Below the pieces are notes generated by a model. That model was not told the origin of the DNA, did no database searches, and worked only from the letters and a program-made list of their open reading frames with translations. DNA of 64,000 bases, from assembly GCF_030068545.1 (NCBI RefSeq), contig NZ_JASJOR010000010.1, forward strand, positions 57,395 to 121,394. Reading direction: 5' to 3'. Position 1 is the first letter of the stretch. Each line of letters opens with the position of its first letter. Position numbers and translations under genes: made by a program. This DNA is from Xanthocytophaga flava. GTDB taxonomy: Bacteria; Bacteroidota; Bacteroidia; Cytophagales; 172606-1. Shown here piece by piece: positions 48,769-60,266 of the stretch.

Positions 48769-49440
48769 TTACAGCTTAGCCAATTCTTCTTTCAGATTGA
48801 TAGACTTGTAATTGTCTACACACTTCATCACACTACTGATAGATGTAAATTCCTCAGCCTTATGGGTTGTGGTAAGAATAATAGCTTTCATACCTGCATT
48901 ACGGGCTGTTTTGGCACCTGTAGGAGAGTCTTCAAATACCAGGCAATTAGCATAGGGCACTTCCAGTTGATCTGCTACTTTAAAAAATACTTCTGGGTCA
49001 GGTTTGCCATTTGTTACATCTCTGTCAACGACAACCGCTTTGAAATAATGACGTATATTCAGATTATCCAGCACATAGTCTACGTTTTCAAAACGGGCAG
49101 CAGTGCCAACTCCCATGGGTATACCTGCCTGATACGCCTCTTCCAGTAGTTCAGGTAATCCGTCTACCAGCTTCAGTTGAGACAAAAAGATTTCCCGGTA
49201 TCGGGCTTCTTTGTCAGACGATATCTGATCCCGTTCTTCAAAGGTATATTTATCTCCGAATAAACGCACCAGAATATCATCATTTTTGCCGTGGCAGTTT
49301 GCCACTACTTCATCCAGCGTGAGTTCCAATCCCACTTCTGCCAGTTTCTTTTGCCAGGCATGATGGTGGACCATCATATTGTCCACCATCGTACCGTCCA
49401 TATCAAAAATAAGTCCGAATTTCTTTTCTGTCATTACCAA
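48769..49440 (-). CDS. HAD-family hydrolase (beta-phosphoglucomutase-like)
   Basis: GLIFDMDGTMVDN is HAD motif I. The real start is probably MTEKK at 49434. Confidence 0.75.
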   Translation of the reverse strand: MVMTEKKFGLIFDMDGTMVDNMMVHHHAWQKKLAEVGLELTLDEVVANCHGKNDDILVRLFGDKYTFEERDQISSDKEARYREIFLSQLKLVDGLPELLEEAYQAGIPMGVGTAARFENVDYVLDNLNIRHYFKAVVVDRDVTNGKPDPEVFFKVADQLEVPYANCLVFEDSPTGAKTARNAGMKAIILTTTHKAEEFTSISSVMKCVDNYKSINLKEELAKL

Positions 49441-51089
49441 AATAAAGTATATATCAATATAATTAATGCGAAAATACCCGCTGCACCCAAACGAAACGAA
49501 GAAGTGGTTTTGAACCAGTCTTTATTTACCTCCAGTGCATTTTTGTTGTCTTTTCCTTTGGATTCGATCAGGCTAATGGTAACATGAACAGCCACACAGA
49601 TCCAGAACACAATCCCCATCCGATTCAGGAAAGGGATTTCCGGAAACTGATATTTGAAAAAGGTTGATAGAGGAATACTTAGTACAGCGGCTACCAATGC
49701 AGCATTTGCTGTAGCCTTTCGCCAGAAGAATCCTAACAGGAAAATAGCCAGGATGCCTGGTGAAATAAAGCCTGTATATTCCTGTATGTATTCAAATCCT
49801 TGTCCAAAGTTTTTCAACAGCGGGCTAATTGCCAATGCAATAATAAACGAAACTACAATAGCTACCCTTCCCAGCCAGACAGTTTTTTTCTCATCCAGAT
49901 TCGGATTGATAAACTTCTTGTGAATGTCCAGCATATAAATAGTAGAAATACTATTAGCCTTTCCAGCCAAAGAAGCCACAATCGCAGCAGTCAATGCAGC
50001 AAAAGCCAAGCCTTTTAAACCTACAGGCAGCAGGTTCAGCAACACTGGATAGGCATTGTCAGGCTTTACTACTCCACTTTCTGTAATACCTTTGATAATA
50101 GCAGGGTCGGCTTGTTCCTGAAACAGCACGTAAGCAGCCAAACCAGGTAGTACTACGATAAAAGGCATCATCAGCTTCAGGAAAGCGGCAAATAATAATC
50201 CACTACGAGCAGTAGTCAGATCAGCACCCAATGCCCGTTGCGTAATGTACTGATTACAACCAAAATAGTTAAAGTTTACAATCCATTGTCCTCCTACAAT
50301 AAACATAAGCAAGCCAGGCAATTGATTGTACGCATCTATCATTCCCCCTTTGCCGTTGTGTACCTGATATTGTCCCGGACTAAAAATCATGTGCATATGG
50401 CTATCTGCTTTTTGTTTGATCAGGCTCAGCCCTTCAAAAACTCCACTTCCTGTACCAACCTTATCAGACAACAACTGCAGGGCCAGATAGGTAGTTGCTA
50501 ACCCGCCTATCACCAGACAAACTACCTGAATTACATCCGTGTATCCGATTACTTTCATCCCACCTAGGGTGATAAAAACAGCAAATACAGTCAGAAAGAT
50601 AGCACAAGGCATAAACCCAAATCCAGTCATTTTCTCCAGACTCAGGGCTCCGAGATAGATGATAGAAGTCAGGTTTACAAGGATATATAAAAACAACCAG
50701 AATACTGCCATGATGGTAGCCAGACGATTATCATACCGCATTTGTAAAAATTGCGGCATAGTGTATATCTTGTTTCGGATATACATAGGCAGGAAATAAA
50801 TGGCAATAATGATCAGGGAAAAACCGCCCACAACCTCATAGACAGAGATAGCCAACCCCAATTGAAATGCCTGTCCACTCATACCAATAAACTGCTCAGC
50901 AGAAATATTGGAAGCAATAATAGACGCACCTATCGCCCACCAGGTAAGAGAACCTTCCGCGAGGAAAAAATCTTTGGAATCAGCCGTTTGCTTGCCTTTG
51001 TGTTTATACACCCAATACCCATAGGCAGCCACAATGATGAAGTAAATGAGAAAAATAACGTAATCGGTGGTCTCTAGTCCGAGTTTCAT
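49434..51089 (-). CDS. sodium:solute symporter family transporter (SSS; probable Na+/sugar cotransporter)
   Basis: 551 aa with 13 or more TM helices. The N-terminus DYVIFLIYFIIVAAYGYWVYK...DFFLAEGSLTWWAIGASIIASNISAEQFIGMSG is the SSF signature. Confidence 0.85.
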   Translation of the reverse strand: MKLGLETTDYVIFLIYFIIVAAYGYWVYKHKGKQTADSKDFFLAEGSLTWWAIGASIIASNISAEQFIGMSGQAFQLGLAISVYEVVGGFSLIIIAIYFLPMYIRNKIYTMPQFLQMRYDNRLATIMAVFWLFLYILVNLTSIIYLGALSLEKMTGFGFMPCAIFLTVFAVFITLGGMKVIGYTDVIQVVCLVIGGLATTYLALQLLSDKVGTGSGVFEGLSLIKQKADSHMHMIFSPGQYQVHNGKGGMIDAYNQLPGLLMFIVGGQWIVNFNYFGCNQYITQRALGADLTTARSGLLFAAFLKLMMPFIVVLPGLAAYVLFQEQADPAIIKGITESGVVKPDNAYPVLLNLLPVGLKGLAFAALTAAIVASLAGKANSISTIYMLDIHKKFINPNLDEKKTVWLGRVAIVVSFIIALAISPLLKNFGQGFEYIQEYTGFISPGILAIFLLGFFWRKATANAALVAAVLSIPLSTFFKYQFPEIPFLNRMGIVFWICVAVHVTISLIESKGKDNKNALEVNKDWFKTTSSFRLGAAGIFALIILIYTLFW

Positions 51090-51319
51090 AGAAATATAGG
51101 GTTCAAAGTGATTTAGCTAATTATTTCCTGTCAGATGTTATTTTATTTTCACAACAAATTATTTTTATATTACTATTTCAAACTGACCATATGTATCCAC
51201 AGACAACAGAGGAAAAGATCAAAAACGGAGGGATATATGTTCAGAAGTAGTAACACCCCAACTTAATCAACTGAGGTGTTAACGAAGAAAATCACTCAAG
51301 AAGGTGAATCAAAAACTAA

Positions 51320-52024
51320 TCAACAACCTTGTCCATAATAGGCGTTTTTGCCATGTTTACGGAAGTAGTGCTTGTCGATCAGGGTTTGTTTGATAGTGGT
51401 TGTATTGGGGTTGATAGTGAGTGTCAGATGAGCCATTTTAGCCAGTTCTTCCAATACAGTAGCATTATAGACAGCCTTTGCAGGATCTTTACCCCAGGTA
51501 AACGGACCATGACAGGCAACTAACACCATTTCTACTTCTTCTGGAGATAAATTCAGTTCGTTGAAAATATTCAGAATCTGATTACCTGTTTCCAGTTCAT
51601 AGTCTCCGGTTATCATCTCGTCAGTCATTACATCTGTCACTGGTACAGCTGCCACCAGATGGTCAGCATGCGTAGTTCCCATGTTGGGGATAGGACGCAT
51701 AGCCTGAGCCCAAGCCACCGCATAAGTTGAATGAGTATGACATACTCCACCAATATGTTCAAAATGTTTGTAAAGCAGTGTATGCGTTTTGGTATCAGAC
51801 GAAGGACGCATATTTCCTTCTACCAGTTGATTATCCAGATCTACAATTACAATATCGCTGGGCTTCAGATTATCATAGGGCACTCCACTGGGTTTGATAC
51901 CAACTACACCTGCTTTGCGATCAATACCGCTCACATTGCCAAATGTATAGATTGCCAGCTTTTGTCTGGGAATCTCCATATTGGCCTCATATACCTGCTC
52001 TTTTAAAGATTGATAAATAGACAT
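51320..52024 (-). CDS. araD: L-ribulose-5-phosphate 4-epimerase (class II aldolase family)
   Basis: LKEQVYEANMEIPRQKLAIYTFGNVSGIDRKAGVVGIKPSGVPYD...PSSDTKTHTLLYKHFEHIGGVCHTHS is near-canonical AraD. The ORF track start at 52081 is an upstream extension. Confidence 0.85.
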   Translation of the reverse strand: MSIYQSLKEQVYEANMEIPRQKLAIYTFGNVSGIDRKAGVVGIKPSGVPYDNLKPSDIVIVDLDNQLVEGNMRPSSDTKTHTLLYKHFEHIGGVCHTHSTYAVAWAQAMRPIPNMGTTHADHLVAAVPVTDVMTDEMITGDYELETGNQILNIFNELNLSPEEVEMVLVACHGPFTWGKDPAKAVYNATVLEELAKMAHLTLTINPNTTTIKQTLIDKHYFRKHGKNAYYGQGC

Positions 52025-52103
52025 GTAGGCAAAAGTTAAATACAGATCAACTATAAAAACATTGTAAAAGGAAGAGACCAAAGAAAGCCTCTTCCTTTTG
52101 GAA

Positions 52104-53642
52104 TTATTTCAGTTCCAGTACCACCACAGAAATCGGAGGCAATGTCACTTTCAGGTTATCACCTTTGATAGACGCACCTTTAAAGGCTGCAGGTTTTACT
52201 TTATCAGGACTTTCAAATGTGTTATGATCCTGCACCTTCGCAGAAGTAAGGATACGACCTGTTACACCTGATGCTTTCATCCCACGCAAGTTCAGTGATA
52301 TTTCCTGCGATTTAGAAGGATCGATATTTACCAGAGAAATATGGGTCACACCGTTTTTATCTCTGGAAGCAGATACAGACAACGCAGGCAATTTTTCATT
52401 TCCGAATGTATAATCTGCTGTTTGTACATCAACAGGCAGCATGGTTGCGTCCTGGTGCACATTATACATTTCCAGTACGTGATATGTAGGCGTCAGCAAC
52501 ATTTTTTCTTCATTGGTCAGAATGACAGCCTGAAGCACATTAATGGTTTGCGCCAGGTTTGCCATACGTACCCGATCACTGTATTTGTGGAAAATATTCA
52601 GTGTAGTACCTGCAATCATGGCATCACGCATGGTATTCTGTTGGTATAGAAATCCAGGATTGGTTCCCGGCTCTACTTCATACCATCCACCCCATTCATC
52701 CACTACCAAAGCTACTTTCTTTTTAGGATCATATTTATCCATGATGGTAGCGTGCTTATGAATCAGTTCATCCATAAGCAAAGCTTGTTTCATGGTTTTG
52801 AAATATAGATCTTCATCATAATTTACTGCAGGCCCTTTTTTATTCCAGTCAATAACAGAGTAATGGTGCAAAGCTAACCCATCCAGCATGTTATGTGGAA
52901 TATCACGCATCAGTATTTCTGTCCAGTTGAAGTCAGCCGAGTTAGCACCAGAAGCAATCCGGAACAATTTGCTGGTATTAGACCAGTCGCTCATGAATGT
53001 AGCATACTGGCGATAAATATTAGCATAATATTCAGCTTTCATATTACCACCACATCCCCAAGCCTCGTTGCCAACTCCCCAGAAGTGCACGTTCCAGGGT
53101 TTATCGCGACCATTCTCTTTACGTAGGTTAGCCATAGGACTTACACCTTCATGGTTTACATACTGAACCCAGTCAGACAGTTCTTTTACAGTTCCACTTC
53201 CTACATTGCCAGCCAGATAAGGCTCTGTACCTAACTGCTCACACATATCCAGGAAATCATGTGTACCAAAGCTGTTGTCTTCTGTAACCCCACCCCACCA
53301 GGCATTCACCATAGAAGGACGCTGTTTTTTAGGTCCGATACCATCTTTCCAGTGGTATGTATCTGCAAAACAACCTCCCGGCCAACGTAGGTTTGGGATT
53401 TTCATTTTTTTTAGCGCCTCAATTACATCTGTACGGACACCGTTTTTGTTCGGGATTTTTGTATTGTTTTCGCCTACATAAAACCCGCCATAGACGCAAC
53501 GTCCCAGGTGCTCAGCAAAGTGACCATAAATATGTTTATTGATCGTCGTTTTGCCCAGATCACCATTAATGATAACCTGATTCTGAGCAAAGGTCCAGTA
53601 TCCAGTTATGCTTAAAACAAGTGTTAAAAAGATTTTTTTCAT
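52104..53642 (-). CDS. abfA: alpha-L-arabinofuranosidase, GH51 (secreted)
   Basis: IPNLRWPGGCFADTYHWKDGIGP, WGVGNEAWGCGG (acid/base) and VALVVDEWGGW (nucleophile) are GH51 hallmarks. Confidence 0.85.
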   Translation of the reverse strand: MKKIFLTLVLSITGYWTFAQNQVIINGDLGKTTINKHIYGHFAEHLGRCVYGGFYVGENNTKIPNKNGVRTDVIEALKKMKIPNLRWPGGCFADTYHWKDGIGPKKQRPSMVNAWWGGVTEDNSFGTHDFLDMCEQLGTEPYLAGNVGSGTVKELSDWVQYVNHEGVSPMANLRKENGRDKPWNVHFWGVGNEAWGCGGNMKAEYYANIYRQYATFMSDWSNTSKLFRIASGANSADFNWTEILMRDIPHNMLDGLALHHYSVIDWNKKGPAVNYDEDLYFKTMKQALLMDELIHKHATIMDKYDPKKKVALVVDEWGGWYEVEPGTNPGFLYQQNTMRDAMIAGTTLNIFHKYSDRVRMANLAQTINVLQAVILTNEEKMLLTPTYHVLEMYNVHQDATMLPVDVQTADYTFGNEKLPALSVSASRDKNGVTHISLVNIDPSKSQEISLNLRGMKASGVTGRILTSAKVQDHNTFESPDKVKPAAFKGASIKGDNLKVTLPPISVVVLELK

Positions 53643-53734
53643 AAGAGATTGATGGATAGGATAGATTATTATGATACTGTAAAAGGTAAAGAGCAGGCAA
53701 GAAAAAGGACTATCCCTGCCTGCCAGATACTCAC

Positions 53735-55231
53735 TTATAGCTTTCCATAATACAATTCGCTCCAGCGCAATTCATTCTTCAGCTGACGTAATTCTGTATT
53801 CTTATCAATAACCACCAATTCTACCCCTACCATCTCAGCAAAGTCAGCAATGTATTCGGTAGTCAGGTTCTGGCTGTATACCGTATGGTGAGCCCCCCCA
53901 GCATAAATCCATGCAGCACAACCCGTTTGCATATCCGGCTGTGGTTTCCATAATACACGTGCAACAGGTAACTTAGGTAGTTCTTGTTGTACTTCAACAG
54001 CTTCTACTTCATTCACCAATAAACGGAAGCGATTGCCCATATCAATCAGAGAGACATTTAAAGCAGGGCCACTGGCTCCATTAAATACCAGACGCACAGG
54101 ATCTTCTTTGCCACCAATACCCAATGGGTGTACTTCACATTTTACTGTGCCACTCGCAATAGAAGGACAAATTTCCAACATGTGTGCCCCTAATACCATC
54201 TGGTTGGCAGGATCAAAGTGGTAAGTATAATCTTCCATAAAGGAGTTTCCACCTTTCAACCCACTCGCCATCACTTTCATGATGTGTACCATAGCCGAAG
54301 TTTTCCAGTCACCTTCCCCGCCGTATCCATATCCGGCAGCCATTAACCGCTGAGAAGCGATACCTGGCAACTGACGCATGCCATGCAGGTCTTCAAATGT
54401 ATTGGTGTAAGCAGAAAAACCGCCATCCTTTAAAAATGCAGTCAATCCCAATTCAATACGAGCTGCCTCAACCAAAGATTCCCGCATAGCTCCACCACTT
54501 GTCAGTGAAGACATTAACTGATAGGTATCTTCATATTCTTTGATTAGTGTATTAATCTCAGCATCTGTAACCTGATTGATTACTTTCACCAGATCACCTA
54601 CTCCATGCGTATTTACTGAAAAGCCAAACTTCAGTTCAGCTTCTACTTTATCACCTTCTGTTACAGCTACCTGACGCATGTTATCGCCAAAGCGTACCAC
54701 TTTCATGGTTTGCATTCTGTACTTTGCAGTAGCCACACGACTCCAGCTATTGATTTTCTCCAATACATCCTGCTGCTGCCAGTGGCCAACTACCACCTTA
54801 CGGTTCAGTCGCATACGGGACATAATAAATCCAAACTCTCTGTCCCCATGGGCAGACTGGTTCAGGTTCATGAAATCCATGTCAATATCACTCCATGGAA
54901 TATCGCGGTTAAACTGCGTATGCAGGTGTAACAATGGCTTTTGTAAAGCTTTCAAGCCACCAATCCACATTTTAGCAGGTGAGAATGTATGCATCCAGGC
55001 AATGATACCCACACAATTCGAAGCAACATTGGCATCCTGACATATTTTGTAGATTTCATCAGGTGTTTTTACCACAGGTTTAAAAACAACCCGAACAGGT
55101 ATCTGGCTTGCTGAATTCAGAGACTCTGCAATAATTTTAGAATGCTCATCTACCTGGCGAAGAGTTTCTTCTCCATACAAGTGCTGACTTCCGGTTACAA
55201 ACCAGACTTCATATTGTTTTAAATCAATCAT
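53735..55231 (-). CDS. araA: L-arabinose isomerase
   Basis: [32 protein letters not shown] is the canonical AraA N-terminus. 498 aa. Confidence 0.9.
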   Translation of the reverse strand: MIDLKQYEVWFVTGSQHLYGEETLRQVDEHSKIIAESLNSASQIPVRVVFKPVVKTPDEIYKICQDANVASNCVGIIAWMHTFSPAKMWIGGLKALQKPLLHLHTQFNRDIPWSDIDMDFMNLNQSAHGDREFGFIMSRMRLNRKVVVGHWQQQDVLEKINSWSRVATAKYRMQTMKVVRFGDNMRQVAVTEGDKVEAELKFGFSVNTHGVGDLVKVINQVTDAEINTLIKEYEDTYQLMSSLTSGGAMRESLVEAARIELGLTAFLKDGGFSAYTNTFEDLHGMRQLPGIASQRLMAAGYGYGGEGDWKTSAMVHIMKVMASGLKGGNSFMEDYTYHFDPANQMVLGAHMLEICPSIASGTVKCEVHPLGIGGKEDPVRLVFNGASGPALNVSLIDMGNRFRLLVNEVEAVEVQQELPKLPVARVLWKPQPDMQTGCAAWIYAGGAHHTVYSQNLTTEYIADFAEMVGVELVVIDKNTELRQLKNELRWSELYYGKL

Positions 55232-55284
55232 TGAAATATATGTGGTTAAATATAGGTCGGGATAATAAATAATGTATTTGTATA

Positions 55285-56955
55285 TCAGGCAGTCAATGAA
55301 GCTTCTGTTAACTTTTTCAGATAAGAATGCTCAATAAAATGGCCAAACTGAAGATAGTTGGCATATAGTTTCTGATATACAGCAGACACATCCGGACGAG
55401 GTTCATATACAGCATCAAAACCAGATGACATTGCATTCTGTGCCTCTTCCATAGTCGCATAAACTCCTGCAGCTACAGCCGCACACATAGCCGCTCCCAA
55501 TGCACAGGTTTGTTCAGATTTAGCAACCTTAATAGGCATATTCAGCACATCAGCCAATGTCTGCATGACAAAAGGAGACTTTTTGGCCACACCACCAATG
55601 GCAATTACCTGTTTGATAGCCACGCCTTCTTGCAGGAACCTCTCTACGATAGCTTTTGATCCAAATGCAGTAGATTCTACAAGAGATTTAAAAATACGCA
55701 CGGTATCTGTCCCCAGATTCAGGCCAGCCATAGCTCCTTTCAGTGTATGATTAGCATCAGGTGTACGACGTCCATTAAGCCAGTCAAGGGAAACCACATC
55801 TGTTTCTTTTACAGGTAATTTAGCAGCCTGTTCTGCTAAATAGGGAATCAATTGCTGGCTCAGTTTCTCAGCGGCTTCCTCACCCAATAACTCACGAACA
55901 GGTTTTGTGATGATTCGTTGAAACCATGCATAAATATCACCAAATGCAGATTGTCCTGCTTCCATCCCCAGCATACCGGGTACCACAGATCCATCTACCT
56001 GCCCACAGATACCGCGGATTAACAAATGGCCTACTTCTTCCGAAGGAGCAGTAAGAATATCACATGTAGAAGTACCTATTACTTTACACAATGAATAAGG
56101 TTCAATACAAGCACCAACAGCGCCCATATGAGCATCAAAGGCCCCAACACCAATAATAACATCAGAAGACAATCTCAGCTTTTCGGCCCACTCAGGTGAT
56201 ATCTTACCCATAGCCACATCTGAAGTATAAGATTCATCAAAAAGACGATCTCTTAGTCCTCCCAACAACGGATCTAACTTTACCAAAAACTCATCGGATG
56301 GCAACCCTTCAAATTCGTCATTCCACATAGCTTTGTGACCCGCGGCACAACGTGAACGCTTCAACGTACGAGGATTAGTATTCCCTGTTAGCACAGCAGA
56401 AATCCAGTCACAATGTTCCACCCAGGAATAGGCTTTGGAGCGAATACTTGCATCTACCCGTAATGTGCGAAGAATCTTTGCCCAGAACCATTCAGAAGAA
56501 TAAATACCACCTACATATTTGGTAAAATCAGTTGCCCAGTGATAAGCCAATTGATTTATCTCTTCCGCTTCTGCATTGGCCGTATGATCTTTCCAAAGAA
56601 TGAACATACCATTAGGATTTTCAGCAAACTCGGGTAGCAGAGCCAACGGAGTACCATTTTCATCTACGGCTACAGGTGTAGATCCTGTAGTATCGACAGA
56701 GATGCCTACTACGTTCTTGCGAACCTCTTCAGAGGTCTTAGCCAAAGCCCCTTTAATGGTTTCCTCTAAACCTTCGATGTAGTCCAATGGGTGCTGACGA
56801 AACTGAGAGATAGTTGGATCACAGTATGCTCCCTGTTTCCAACGTTTATATTCATGTACTGCTGTACCAGCCACTTCTCCTGTTCCCGCATGTACGACCA
56901 ATGCCCGAACGGAATCAGTACCATAGTCCAGGCCTATAACGTATACGTCTTTCAT
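55285..56955 (-). CDS. araB: ribulokinase (FGGY carbohydrate kinase)
   Basis: [16 protein letters not shown]... is the FGGY N-domain. Its 556 aa length and its position between araA and araR fit AraB. Confidence 0.85.
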   Translation of the reverse strand: MKDVYVIGLDYGTDSVRALVVHAGTGEVAGTAVHEYKRWKQGAYCDPTISQFRQHPLDYIEGLEETIKGALAKTSEEVRKNVVGISVDTTGSTPVAVDENGTPLALLPEFAENPNGMFILWKDHTANAEAEEINQLAYHWATDFTKYVGGIYSSEWFWAKILRTLRVDASIRSKAYSWVEHCDWISAVLTGNTNPRTLKRSRCAAGHKAMWNDEFEGLPSDEFLVKLDPLLGGLRDRLFDESYTSDVAMGKISPEWAEKLRLSSDVIIGVGAFDAHMGAVGACIEPYSLCKVIGTSTCDILTAPSEEVGHLLIRGICGQVDGSVVPGMLGMEAGQSAFGDIYAWFQRIITKPVRELLGEEAAEKLSQQLIPYLAEQAAKLPVKETDVVSLDWLNGRRTPDANHTLKGAMAGLNLGTDTVRIFKSLVESTAFGSKAIVERFLQEGVAIKQVIAIGGVAKKSPFVMQTLADVLNMPIKVAKSEQTCALGAAMCAAVAAGVYATMEEAQNAMSSGFDAVYEPRPDVSAVYQKLYANYLQFGHFIEHSYLKKLTEASLTA

Positions 56956-57000
56956 TAGCTTAAAAATGTTCAGGTGTTAAAATAAGTATTTATTCTACTT

Positions 57001-57020
57001 TTGTGTTAGTATGACACAAT
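57001..57020. promoter_or_regulatory. candidate AraR operator TTGTGTTAGTATGACACAAT in the araB 5' region
   Basis: A 20-bp imperfect palindrome, TTGTGT-N8-ACACAA, about 50 bp upstream of the araB start. A near-identical site occurs at 57901-57920. Confidence 0.4.
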
Positions 57021-57069
57021 TCTATGTAAAAGAAAAGTTTGTGTGTACACAAACCTGATAATCAACCTT

Positions 57070-57771
57070 TCAAATCAGAAAAGTATCTGGCATGAAATTC
57101 CAGAACTCATGAAACTTATCCTGGTATTTCTCTCTGTTTAATTTATAGAGTGTTGCTTTTTTCGTAGCTGAATTTTCGTTTTTTTCTCCTGTATCGATCA
57201 ATAAGCCTGTTGACAAAAGTTTACGGCTAAAATTGCGCCGGTCCAGTGTCATGCCATAAATAGCTTCGTAAAGTTTTTGTAACTGAGGAATTGTAAATTT
57301 TTCTGGCATGAGTTCAAAGCCCAGAGGATGCAAAGCAGCTTTGTATCGTAAACGTTCTCGGGCAAGCTCAACCATTTTGGCATGATCAAAGATAAGTTCA
57401 GGTATATCATTTAAACTAATCCAGTATGCATTGTGTGCTTTTACTGCTTCGGGGTCATGATCATCAATATTAATCAGTGCAAAGAAACCTACCGAAACAG
57501 TCCGTTCTACAGGGTCTCTGTCTACCTTTCCAAAAGTTTGTAGTTGCTCCACATAAATATCCCGTAACCCTGTTAGTTCATATAAAATACGGGCAGCTGC
57601 TACTTCCAGATCTTCTTCTTCGTTCAAAAATCCACCCATCAGCGACCATTTTCCTTTCTCCGGCTCAAAATTTCTTTTGATGAGCAATAACTTGAGAAAC
57701 TCACCATCAAAACCAAAAATGATACAATCAAGAGCTACCAGTATGCGTGTAGGGTGGTTGTATCTTGTCAT
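57070..57771 (-). CDS. araR: NUDIX-domain transcriptional regulator of arabinose utilisation (NrtR-family AraR-like)
   Basis: A Nudix fold (GKWSLMGGFLNEEEDLEVAAARILYELTG) plus a C-terminal winged-HTH-like domain. Its position inside the ara operon matches the Bacteroides AraR arrangement. Confidence 0.65.
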   Translation of the reverse strand: MTRYNHPTRILVALDCIIFGFDGEFLKLLLIKRNFEPEKGKWSLMGGFLNEEEDLEVAAARILYELTGLRDIYVEQLQTFGKVDRDPVERTVSVGFFALINIDDHDPEAVKAHNAYWISLNDIPELIFDHAKMVELARERLRYKAALHPLGFELMPEKFTIPQLQKLYEAIYGMTLDRRNFSRKLLSTGLLIDTGEKNENSATKKATLYKLNREKYQDKFHEFWNFMPDTFLI

Positions 57772-57900
57772 AGATATCGTGTTTCAGGGTATGTGGTGTC
57801 AGGTCGGGCGGTTAATACTGAAGTGGGGAAGAGCCAAAGGCTCTACCTACTTCAGTATTATAACCCCTAAACAAATGATTCATATTTACTAAAACATGAA

Positions 57901-57920
57901 TTGTGTTTAGTTGACACAAT
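57901..57920. promoter_or_regulatory. candidate AraR operator TTGTGTTTAGTTGACACAAT upstream of araR
   Basis: 17 of 20 positions identical to the 57001-57020 site. It lies about 130 bp upstream of the araR start codon. Confidence 0.4.
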
Positions 57921-58063
57921 ATTACAACATTATTTTGTTACTTTTCTAATATTAAATGACATTTTTTTTCCTGAGCTATTTCTCAGTATTTATTAATTGC
58001 ATACACTGTATACTAACTACTATTAATAAAACTACAACTACCACATAGACAACATATTACTCT

Positions 58064-60037
58064 TTAACTCAATTTCACTCTTACTACAGAGAATGAATTT
58101 GGTGCCAGTGTCAGGCTTATCTGTTTTCCTTTCAATGTCACAGATTGTTCGACAGGACTTACCAGCGTTGGGTCTTCAAATGAGTTAACACTTTCCAGAT
58201 TTTCACTTTTTAGTACCCAAAGTTTTCCGGTTTTCCCTACCTTTTTAGCACTCTCAATAACCACGTTGGTTGTTTGAGATTTGTCAGAAGTGTTTACAAT
58301 CTTCACAACGAGTTCCTGTGTATTTTTATCCAAGACAGAAGAAGCATATAGACCATTCTGCCCAGCAACCGTTTCGTTTTTCTCTACCAGTGGTACTACC
58401 TGCGTTCCTTTATGAACAGAATATAGCTTCTGTACATAATAGTTAGGTGTCCCATACGAACGAAGATTGTCAAACCAGATGAGATCAGGAGTCCACTGCC
58501 AACCTTCTGCATGAGCAAACAATGGTGCGTAGGATGCCATGTGTACTACATCCGCATTGCGTTCCAGACCCGTCATAAAAGCAGCTTCAGCCAAAGCACA
58601 TTTCCAGTTATTTTTATTGTCAGGACTTACTGTTGCAACGCTTTGGGCAGCATATTCTCCTGCAAAAATCTTTGGCCCGTTACGGTCATAGTTATCATAT
58701 CGATGAGCATTTTGTAAAAACCAATCAGGAGCACGATAGTAGTGTTCATCAATAATATCAACGTTCATGCTACGTAGGTTTTTGTTCAGGTAGTCAAAAC
58801 GTTCCCCATTCGGGTCTGTACCTGAACTATTAACCAGTTTGATAGTAGGATATTTTTCTTTGATTGCTTTGGTAAACAGAGGAAGGCGTTCCAGATACTG
58901 AGGTCCCCACTGCTCATTGCCAACACCCAGAAGCTTCAGATTAAAGGGTTTGGGATGTCCCATATCAGCTCTCAACTTGCCCCATTTGGTATCTGTAGAA
59001 CCATTGGCAAATTCAATCAAATCCAGTGCATCCTGAATGAATGGATCAATTTCACTCATAGGAACTACCTCGGCAGAATTGAACTGACAGGCCATACCAC
59101 AATTTAAAATAGGCAAAGGTTCTGCTCCAATGTCTTCGGCTAGCAGAAAATACTCATAAAAGCCTAATCCAAAAGTCTGGAAATAATCAGGTGTGGGACG
59201 ATGTTTAAATTCTGTGTTCCAGCGATTAATAACCATCTCCCGACTCTCTACTTCCCCAACTGTCTTTTTCCATTGGTAACGGGTAGACAACTCACGTCCT
59301 TCAACAATACACCCACCCGGAAAACGCAGGAAGCCAGGCTTCATATCAGCTAGTAGCTGCACCAGATCCGCACGTAAGCCATTAGGGCGTTGCTTCCAAG
59401 TATTTTTGGGAAACAGTGAGATCATATCCAGATCCAGATTTCCAGTTCCAACAAACCATACAGCCAGTTTGGCCTTAGGCTCTGTAGCTGTAGCGGTCAG
59501 GCTCACCGCTTGTTTTTTCCAGTCTTTATCTGTAGGAGTCAGGTCTGCGTTGCCGATTACATCTCCTTTGCTATTGATTAGTTCAATATGCAAGGTAAGG
59601 TTGCTCGCATCTGTTTTTCGTGTCCATACCGAAAAATCATAGGACTCTCCTTGTTTGATACCGATGCCCCGAAAACCTTCGTTTATCAAACCGTATTTAC
59701 CTTTGTCAGAATTGGCAGTGACATGGATATACCGGGGGTTGGTTGCGCCCTTCTCCAATCGATTCTCAACCAATGTACTGCCAAAAGCCTCCCCTTCTTT
59801 TTGTTCTTTCCACCCCATCATGGGGGCGTTAAACTCAAACGAACGGTTTTTGACAAGTTCAGCATAAATTCCTCCATCAGCACCCAGGTTTATATCTTCA
59901 AAAAAGATCCCCCACATGGTAGGCTGTACAGTTGCTGTAGGTTTATCGGCTTTTACAGTTAATACAGTTGGCGATTGCGCATACAGTTGCGTTCCGGTTA
60001 CAATAAGAGCCCAGACAGAGAGCAGGCATTTTTTCAT
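58064..60037 (-). CDS. secreted alpha-L-arabinofuranosidase, GH51 with an N-terminal CBM-like domain
   Basis: Signal peptide present. FLRFPGGC, LLGVGNEQWG and IFAGEYA are GH51 catalytic motifs. 657 aa. Confidence 0.75.
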   Translation of the reverse strand: MKKCLLSVWALIVTGTQLYAQSPTVLTVKADKPTATVQPTMWGIFFEDINLGADGGIYAELVKNRSFEFNAPMMGWKEQKEGEAFGSTLVENRLEKGATNPRYIHVTANSDKGKYGLINEGFRGIGIKQGESYDFSVWTRKTDASNLTLHIELINSKGDVIGNADLTPTDKDWKKQAVSLTATATEPKAKLAVWFVGTGNLDLDMISLFPKNTWKQRPNGLRADLVQLLADMKPGFLRFPGGCIVEGRELSTRYQWKKTVGEVESREMVINRWNTEFKHRPTPDYFQTFGLGFYEYFLLAEDIGAEPLPILNCGMACQFNSAEVVPMSEIDPFIQDALDLIEFANGSTDTKWGKLRADMGHPKPFNLKLLGVGNEQWGPQYLERLPLFTKAIKEKYPTIKLVNSSGTDPNGERFDYLNKNLRSMNVDIIDEHYYRAPDWFLQNAHRYDNYDRNGPKIFAGEYAAQSVATVSPDNKNNWKCALAEAAFMTGLERNADVVHMASYAPLFAHAEGWQWTPDLIWFDNLRSYGTPNYYVQKLYSVHKGTQVVPLVEKNETVAGQNGLYASSVLDKNTQELVVKIVNTSDKSQTTNVVIESAKKVGKTGKLWVLKSENLESVNSFEDPTLVSPVEQSVTLKGKQISLTLAPNSFSVVRVKLS

Positions 60038-60266
60038 TTTGTGTACAATGGTTAAACTAACAATCGATATAAAAAATAAAAGAATAAAAACGACAAGAGA
60101 TCTATTCAGAAATAAGAAGAGTTATTGTTTTCAGTCAAAAGATTTCTAAGCTTAAAACGAATGACAGATACCTGTCAGAACAATCTTACAAAAAAGTCCG
60201 AACAGGTATCTGATCACAAGGAGTACTTTGCATTTACAAATTACTCATTTTATAAAGAAAATATTT

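Noticed and set aside
49291-51077. Multiple plus-strand ORFs (62-108 aa) across the HAD and SSS transporter genes, and 51329-52006 across araD
   Set aside because: They are all antisense to strongly recognisable catabolic genes and have no independent support.
57800-57870. Hairpin TAATACTGAAGTGGGGAAGAGCCAAAGGCTCTACCTACTTCAGTATTA upstream of araR, considered as the AraR operator
   Set aside because: It is a nested stem-loop and is more consistent with a terminator-like structure at the end of the upstream GH51 gene, although it lacks a U-tract. The TTGTGT-N8-ACACAA sites are better operator candidates because they recur at araB. The hairpin is retained only as a structural note.
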